A stretch of 32,482 nucleotides of DNA from Vezdaea acicularis. Taxonomy: Eukaryota. Shown here one piece after another: positions 21,726 through 30,700 of this stretch. The stretch spans positions 1 to 32,482 of the forward strand of contig JAPEUI010000159.1 in the NCBI GenBank assembly GCA_026025075.1. Reading direction: 5' to 3'. The position numbers were made by a program, and so were the translations under genes. Position 1 is the first letter of the stretch, and the number at the start of each line of letters is the position of its first letter. The notes beneath the pieces were generated by a model, which saw only the letters and a program-made list of their open reading frames with translations, was not told the origin of the DNA and did not search any database.

Positions 21726-24700
21726 ATGTTCAGCAGGAGAGCAAAGAGTCAAGACGAGGACAGACCTGCCCGTCGGGGCTCCGAATCTATTGTGTCCTCT
21801 TCAAGCAGCCGAAAACCTTCACGTGGTGATTTTATGCCATCGACGACCTCATACGCCTCGACTTCACGAAGCGCATATTCTGGGACGGCGCCAGCAAGTG
21901 TTGCAAGCTCATATGTGACTGCTGCGACCGATCGACGCGACCCCGAACCAGGAGAGTCGCAACGAGCGCTCGTAAGGTCCGAGAGTATGCAGGACTCGAG
22001 GGACTCGAGAGATCGCCGCGACTCGACCCTCCGAGAGCGGTCACGAAGCCTCGACAGAGAAAGTAGTCAAGGAGGGCATCGTAGAAAGAAGAAGCATCAT
22101 CATCGATCCGGTAGTGGTGATACTGAACGACCCAGGGAGCGATCCCGAAGCGCTGACCGTGAGTCTAAGAGAGATCGGTCAAGAAGCCGTGATAGGGAGG
22201 GAAGGAAGAAGAAACACCATCATCATGAAAGGCTCGATAAGGACGACAAGAGCGGAAGAAGCGAGAGAAGGAGTCGGGACGAAGGGTCTGAATATGAGGA
22301 GAAGAATCGCGACCATCGACGTAAGAGTAGTGACCGTCGTAGTCGAGACGAGCGGTCTGAATTGGACGACATAACCGATCGCGACGATTATCGACCTGAA
22401 AGGAACGATCGCTACAGCCGAGACGAAGAATATGAGGAAGAGGATAGGAAATATATTGAGGACAGGAGAGCGAGCAGGGCCCCGGATCGTGGGCTGAGCC
22501 GAGCTGGTCCCGGCGAGGGGGCTACATTTTCTGCTAGCGGTAATTTCGACGCTCAGGTTCACAGTCAGAACTTCAACCAATTCCCTGGCCAATATGACGG
22601 CAACATTCCAGGAGCCGCAGATGACTACGCCGGTGCTATTCCGGGCAGCTTTCCTACTAGTCAAGAAGGACATCATGAAGCGTCGGTCCACGTGCCAGAT
22701 CAGTTTCCAGGGCAGTTCCCCGACCAGAGTGCTGCTCCCTATCGGCCACCTATAGCCTCGACTGAGGGAGGCCCAGGCGCAGCCGCTGATTACTATGGAA
22801 GTGCAAATGTAGAGCAGTTTGTCGCAGAACAGCCGGGCGTTCGACCTCAGCCCCCATCGCTGATCATTGGAGCAGAGCCGCACCTTATGGCTGCTTCTCC
22901 AAACAGTGCTCCACCAGTCGAACCATCAGCCGTGGGAGGAATTGGTGCTGCAGCTAGCTTTTATGGAGGCGACGGTGCGAACACTCCAACGTACGAGGCA
23001 AGGCCCGATAGGCCGCCCAATGCTGGGAATCCTGGAAGGCTATCCTCGAGTGGAGTTGGGATCGGTACTGCGCTCGGGGGCGCTGCGTTAGGATATGCAG
23101 CAACGCAGGCGTTTGGTGGAGGAAACTCGAACAAGCCATCCAAACCATCACGGCCTGGACGACTTGATGGGTCTGGGTCAATCAGTGGGAATTTTCAGGC
23201 AGGCGTCTCAGAAAACAGCACTTCATATTACCAAGAAGGGTCAGCCTCAAGTTACCATACTGCATCTGCACCCGCAGTGCCAACTCTCGGCGCAGCGGCT
23301 GCGGGGTCTGCTGCTGGCTACATGGCTGGTCATCATGGTCAACACGAAACGGCTGACAATGGCTACATCTCAGCCTCAGCCGGTAGGCCTCCACGCCCGG
23401 GTAAGCACTCTTCACATTCGAACGCCGGTTTGTACGCCGCCGGGGCCCTTGGGGCTGCTGGGCTGGCTGCTGCCGCCTTCCATCATCATCATCATCATCA
23501 TGGAAAACCATCGGGAGACTATGGTTCGGATGCGGGATTTTCATCTTCAAGCGGCCTGGCGATGGGGCGGAAGCGCAAAGGCCCAGCTTCAAAGTTCCTT
23601 GACTTTTGGCGAGACCCTTACGAAGTTGGTCGGATGGAGGATTATACTGAATATATAGGTGTTTGCGATCGCTGCTTTTCGCCTGGTACAACTGCCCGAG
23701 ATGCCCCACGCAAACACCATTATTCTCACCGAAGAGGTTCCAGTGAACGCCTCGTAGGCGCTTCACGTGTGACCAAGAGGAGGCGATACGAGTCTTCCGA
23801 TGACGGTGGATCTAAGCGCAAAAGTAATGCCAAATCATGGATTGCGACTGGCCTCAGTGGATATGGCCTGGCAAAGGTTGGAAAATCGCTTTTCGGGCGC
23901 AATCGAGACTTTGATGATACATACAGCGTTCGGTCGGGACGAGCTGATCGAGGTTCGACATACACGCTCGAGGAGAGTGACTCGGTCTCGCGAGGCAGAC
24001 GTGACCGCTCAAGGTCTCGTAACAGGAGTCACTTTGGATCGGATGCGCTTCTTGGTGCGACCATAGGCGGAGGCCTGGCTGCAGTAGCGCGGTCAAGCTC
24101 TCGTCATCGAAGTCGTTCTAGGGATAACCGTCGTGTGGAGACTGGTATTACAAGTGATGGGAAACTTTACAGGAAGGACTCACAGGGTGGCTTCTTTGGT
24201 GGAGGCACCACCACTTATGTCGAAGACAGCCGCCGAAAAAAGCATCACCATCGGTCAAAGTCTCGCTCAAGATCCAGATCTAGGGAGCCTCGCCGTGTTG
24301 AGAAAGGGATTACCAGCGATGGGAAAGTCTACGTGAAGGATTCGAAAGGCGGATTCTTTGGCGGGCCTAAGACTACTCTTTATGAAGACCCTTCTCGCAG
24401 ACGGTCACGTTCACGATCCCGGTCCCGGTCTAGATCAAAGGATCGCCGAACTGGAATTCTTGGTGCTGCGCTGGGCGCCGCAGTTGGCGCTTCTGCTATG
24501 AAAGCAAGTTCACGAACCCGAGTCCGGTCGAGGAGCAGGTCGAGGCGACGAGGATCTAGCTATATCTCACGCGGGCTTTCTGACAAAAGCCCAGATCGCG
24601 AGACTGTCATTAGCCGGACGAGCTCAGGGAGACGTAAAGTAAACCGTCGCTCGCCATCTGGATCCTATATAGACGTTGTAACTCCTGGTGAAGAGTCAGG

Positions 24701-27700
24701 CACTGGTCTCTTCGGAGGCTTTTTCAGTTCTCCATCTGCGGGCGTTCGTAAGAGTTCAAGGCCAAAGAAGCGTCGGGGTTTCTTCAATTTCGGCAACGGA
24801 TCATCCTCATCATCATCCTCCGTAGACTACAACCTGGCCTTTGGAGGCGAACTTGACAGACGCAAAGGAGGGAGAACCGGCAAGTCAAAGCGAAGTGACA
24901 GCAAGGCGGAAGATGCCGCTCTGATCGGGCTTGGTGCTGGCATAGCGAGTGCAATATCGATGGCCTCTAGAGGAGAAAAGCCTAAGAGCAAGCTCGGCTC
25001 AAAGCGTCCGGAGGTGATTGCGGTTAAGGAGTCCTCTCTTCCTGGGTCAAAGCCTCAACGAGATTCAGTGCGGAAGTCAAAACACTCCTCTTCAAGCTCT
25101 TCAATAGAGGAGGCAGAGTGGGAATCGGAGTCCGAGGACGAAGTCCATTCCGGGCTTGCCTATGGCTCGCTGCACCGCAAGAGCACCGATACCTTGAATT
25201 CTGACGCTTCATCCGGCACCGGCTGGTGGAACTGGCGGTGGAGAAAAGACAAGAACAAAAAGAAGAGAGATTCTACTACCGATTTTAGCTCCATGGCCGG
25301 ACCTGCCATTGCGGGAATGGCTGGTGCTGCCGCTGGGACTGCTCTCGCATCTGGACGTCGAGACGATGGGGGCACAACGAGCGTAAGCAGTGTTCCATCG
25401 CTGAAGAATGTTTACCCCATGGCTACGCCTGATGCTACTAAATTCGATGTCACTCGTCAAAGTTCTACGTCTTCTATCCAACTTCAGCAACAACCACCAC
25501 AGCAACCCATTTATACCTCACGGCCCGACCCAGTACCCTTGCAATACCCGCAAGCACTCCCTCAAGTTCCTCCTACAATGTTCTCCAACCCTTCGGTACC
25601 GCAAACTTATAATGCCCCTACAGGGCCTCCTGTTTTCGGAGGACCGGATCAGTATCGACGATATGATGCCCAAGGACGATCCCAAGAGGTGTCTTCGACG
25701 TCGCGTGATGCTAACATCAACATCGGCTCACGAAGGAGACGTAATTCGTCGCCAACAATTGAGCATGAAGATCCGGAACTTTTTACTTCTGCCGCCGCGG
25801 TGGATATAAAACGACGTATGTCGCTGCGTGATGAGCCTTTAGAATCGAACTTGACCCTCGTTAAGAGTACCCGCAGTCGCGATCGAGTGACTCAATCTGA
25901 CAGCGTTTCCAAGGAAGAGAGAAACAAAAGGTCTGATAAGATTTATAAAGAGGAGAAGAAAGAAAAATCTGACCGTATTATCAAAGAAGATCGCAAGGAA
26001 AAATCTGATCGGCCTTCTAGAGAAGAACGAAAAGAGCAATCTAGGCGCCGTAAATCCGCGGAAAAGGCGGCTTTAGAGCGGGCCAAGGAGAGTTCGAGGC
26101 AGGACCGCGAGGGTGCTAAGAAGTCAAAGCGAAGTTCAGTTAGTCGAGACGATAGTACGGAAAAGAGGAATTCAGGAATATCGGCCGGAACGATAGCGGC
26201 CGGCGCTGCTGGCGCGGTCGTTGGAGCAGTCGTTGCGAGCGAGAAGCGAAAGAATGATCGCCGTGAGGATACAGAGGATTTGCCGTCCTACTCGGATCTT
26301 AAGGATCAACGCAATGACTACCCTCGAGATTACAAAGAACCTTCCGACCGTCAGACAGAGATCGCAAGAAAGGCTGCCTCCAAGATTGTCGCTGAACGAG
26401 AGCAGTCTGATAGTGACGACTCTCCTGTTCCTTCTGTCTTGGATAAATATAATCAGAAAGATGAAACAATGGCTTATTACGTTACCCCACCAGAGCTTCT
26501 AGACAAAGTGAGAGGCCCAGTGCGATATGGGGAATCCCGCTACGACGTAAAAGCTGTTCACCCTGAGAACGCCGATGCCGAAATTCAAGTCCGCAACGTG
26601 ATCGTGCCGCAAATCATCACCGCCGAGCCTAACGAGCCCCAATTTCCGACATATCAATCGTCTTACGGCTTCCAAAGTCGGGATGAGAATCAGCCTATAA
26701 ATTTGGATGCTCGCAAAGTTCCCTCTTTGATGCTAATTCAACCAACCCCAGAGTCCAGTGTGGCCGGCTCCACGAAAGGGAGCGACACCGCCCCTCCGTC
26801 CCCGGAGATTCTACCAAAGGCCGTGCCTCCTCAAGTCCGAGAACCAACGAGGAAAAACACAGGGTCAAGGGTTACTTGGGGTGATGATGAGACGCTAGTC
26901 TACGAGGTACAGACTCCTGAGATAGAGAGAGATCATTATGTGGGATCCCGTCAAGAGAATCCTCCTCTGGAGGGCCCACGAAGAGAAACGCGACCTCCTG
27001 GACCCAGCCAGTATTCTATACAGTCACACCAAAGAGATGCTGCCTCTGAGCCGGCATATGGCGCTGAGAATAGAGCTTCTATCGATCACCAAGATCCGCA
27101 GATGCCTGGCTCTTACGGAAATGATCTTGAATTTGCAGCTGTAGTTGCAGCTGGGCTTGAGAGCACCGGATTCCCTGCATCAAAGGTGCTCGAAGATCCA
27201 AACTTCCATAGGCGAAGCTCTCCACCTGGCTCTAATGAGCCAGACCTCCGTGAAGAGAGCCATCAGAGACAAATGCCCACTGTGGGCAGGTTCGCCCTTG
27301 ACTCACCTGGTACTGAGGGCGCACCTCCAGTAAGGGGTTATGTTGAGGGTGAGCTTCCACCCACACCGAAAGACCCGCAACCTCCACAAAGAGACTCTTA
27401 TGGCTTTGACGAGAGGCCAGAAGAGGCTCTCGGTAGGAATGACAGCCGCGAAATAAATGAGAGCTCCAGTAGAAAAGAACGTCGTGAGAGAAGAGGCGTT
27501 CCTGAGGAGCGCGGAACAAGCGAGGCTAAGTACCCATTAAAGTACGCTGACGACTATGATAACCCAGTGAGCCCTAATACCGTGCCTATTTCTGGCCCGC
27601 CTCTTGTTGCTGAGCCAGAGCTTTACATCAATGATCCACCTGTTACAACTCAACCAACTCGGAAGAGATCTGGATCTAGTTCTCAACCTTTCGAGCCTGC

Positions 27701-30700
27701 ATTGGCTGGTGCCGCTATTGGAACGTTTGCGGCGGCTGCAGCAACCATGAATCAGAAGTCAAAGGGTGATCGTGATATCAGATCTGACGTAGGCGTTCCG
27801 AATGGTAGACGGAAGGATTACCGGGAGGTAGTTCAAGAGACATCGAGGCCATACAGCTCCGATTTAGGTTCAAAGAATCGTGAGCCTGACCAAATTCCGT
27901 TAAAGCCAATCAACCCACTTGACTTCCTTGACCGTTCCGATGAGGCAGTTTCAGACGCCCCAGCTTATGTTGATAAAGAAGAGTCTTCAACGCGCGAGTA
28001 CGTCTCAGCCGAAGAGGAACCGGAGCCCTTTGAAGAGCATCAGCGGTCTAGGAACAAGCATATAGATAGAGACCAACAGCTATATCATTTGCCAGAAGAT
28101 GAACTACGCCCAGGTGTCAACGCTTCATCTCGAGAAGAACATACTGAGAAGGTAGGAAAGGAATCGAGACGAGAAGAGGAGATGTATGTTCCTCCGGAAA
28201 GAGACAGCAGATCTGCCAGCGCGGACACTATTACGGAAGCTCTCGATGAAGGCAAGAGAAAGAAGGAGCACAGGCATAGCGATAAGTTTGACTTACCTGA
28301 ACAAGAAATCTCCCCTGAGCTTGAGAGCAAGTCTTCCGTCTCTGAACCCGCTACCGAAGATGGTGAAGAAAGCAAGAGACGGAAGAAGAAACGGCATAGC
28401 AGTCGATCCGATTCACCTAGCCAAGAAATGTCCCCAGACCCAGAGAGTAGATCTCCTATATCTGATACCGCCACAGATCTTGGCAGTGAGAGCAAGAGAC
28501 GGAGAAAGAAGCGTCATAGCGATCGCTTCACTTCACCTGTACGAGAGTCTCAATCAACAGCGGGCTCCGAGCTCGTGGAAGGGGCCGATGAGGAACGGCG
28601 CAAATCCAAGAAGAAGCACAGGCGCTCTACTACTGACATTGATGATACTGCCTCTACTATTTCATCTACAACAGCCTTCGAAGATGATAAAAGTAAGAAA
28701 AGCAAGAGTAAACTTGGTGCAGTCTTGAGCCTCTTCGGAAAGTCAACAGAATCCTTGACTAAGGAGGCAAAAGAAACAAAGTCCCGAGACTCTAAAGAAG
28801 CAGAAGATAACCTTGACTCAGAAAAGTCAAAGAAAAAGCATCATCGCAGAAAGTCGGAAGACCCAAGTACTGCTGAAGCTGTCTATAGCGCTGCGGCTGC
28901 TACTGGCGCCGCCTCTCTGATGGTGGATGACAGATCTGGCTCAAGTAGAAGGGATTCATCAAGACGCAGAGATTCGTCTAGGGTAAGAGATTCCTCTAGA
29001 ATAAGGGATTCCTCTAGGACGAGAGAATCATCTAGAAATGGAGACGATGGCCACCGGCATCATCGTCGTCATCGATCTACCAACGATGGAGATGAACAAT
29101 CGAGTCGTGACTATGAGGACGAGTCGCGAGGACGAGAAGACGATGTAATTTCTTCAGAGCTCCCTTGACTATAGCGAAGCTAACATGTATTAGGACCCTG
29201 AGCTCACTAGTAACAGGGACTTGAAAGCTCCCAAAGAGCACAAACATCATAGACGAAGGTCTAGTGCATCTAGAGATGATTCAAGCAATTCTTTTTTAGG
29301 TAAAGGTTCGGAGGGTCTAGCTCCGTCCGATAGCGCCGTAGACAACTTGCGCTCGGACCCTACCGAACCTACTGTCCCTGCAACCGGAGCTTTATTGGAC
29401 GCGGCAGCATTGCCAGCGTTACCACTTAGTCGACCTTCATCCCCAACAGAGATTGGAAGTCAGAGGGATCTTCCATTAGAGCCGTCAGACATTGAGCCAC
29501 CAGACATTGCACCATCAGACATGCCGCCACCAGACATTCCGCTATCAAACATTCTGCCATCAGACACTCCGCTATCAGAGATTCCACCATCCCCGAACCT
29601 CAGTGCTAAGTCTACTGATAAACGCCTTTCAGCTGTACAGACTGGTGAGACGTCGCTTCAAGCAGGTCCTGCCGAAGGCGCGTCTCCTACGATGAAGATA
29701 CCAATCGGTTGGCGCAAATCTTCAACGCCCAGCCATTCTAAATCTCCATCGCTCGCCTCACCAGAACCAAATACCTTGCAGCCTTCTAAGGGGTCGGCAT
29801 CGAAGCCATCAAGATCTCGTCCAAACTCAGTTGAGTTCAGGAGCTACAGTAACGAGATTCGACCTCTATTTCTAGTAGAACGGCACCCCCCTAAGCAAGA
29901 GCTAGATCTTGAGGAAAACCTCCCTTCGTTGCCGTCGAGCCGAGCGAGCTCTGCAGCACCGTCTGAGCATGACTCTGAAGAAGAGCACGCCAAGGACATG
30001 TCCAGTGAAGTTGCTCGGGATAAATTTCTCTCAGAACTCGATACCACCCCCAGAAAAGCCGCAGAGAAGCCACTAGAGTTCTTAGATTCGGCGCAATCAA
30101 CTCCAAAAGCATCAGAATTCCCAAAAGAACTCAAGGAGACGCCAATTGTGACCGCCGAACCTCCGCCACCTATTCGCTATATCTACAATACCTCCCCGCC
30201 GCCACCCATTGCAAAAATAGACCGCAAAGCATCGCCGAATCCTCAACAACGCATGGTCCATAGTGTTACTGATCTCTTTCCAGGCCACAATGCTGGAGAG
30301 CGGTCTCGCCTAGTTGACGATATTAAGGATCTTCCTCCCTTGCCAAAGAGCAGGCCACAATCACCAATTTCTCAAGAGATCTCGCAAGAAGTCCCAAATC
30401 CGTTTCATTTCCTCGACGAAGAAGTAGAAGATATTAAGGATCTTCCTTCTTTGCCAAGGAGCAGGTCACAATCGCCTTCCACTCAGAAAATCTCACAGGA
30501 AGTCCCAAAACCGCTTCGTTCCCTTGACGAAGAACCTGACGATATCAAAGAGCTTTCTCCCCTGCCAAGGAGCAGGTCACAATCGCTATCTACACAAGAA
30601 ATCTCGAAGGAAGTCCCAAATCCGTTTCATTTCCTTGATAAAGAGCCTGACAACATTGATGCTGCAATCGCGAGTGTAATAACGCAGATCAAGACTCCTA

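Noticed and set aside
22179..23766. Antisense and alternative-frame ORFs of 187-234 aa
   Set aside because: Shadows of the low-complexity leashin-like exon.
29292..29304. TTTTTTAG/GTAAAG, resembling adjacent splice acceptor and donor in lah exon 2
   Set aside because: The frame reads through cleanly (NSFLGKG) and no partner splice site can be supported without transcript data.
29492..29695. 67-aa ORF with HQT repeats in the ORF track
   Set aside because: Out-of-frame reading of the 15-nt coding repeat in lah exon 2.
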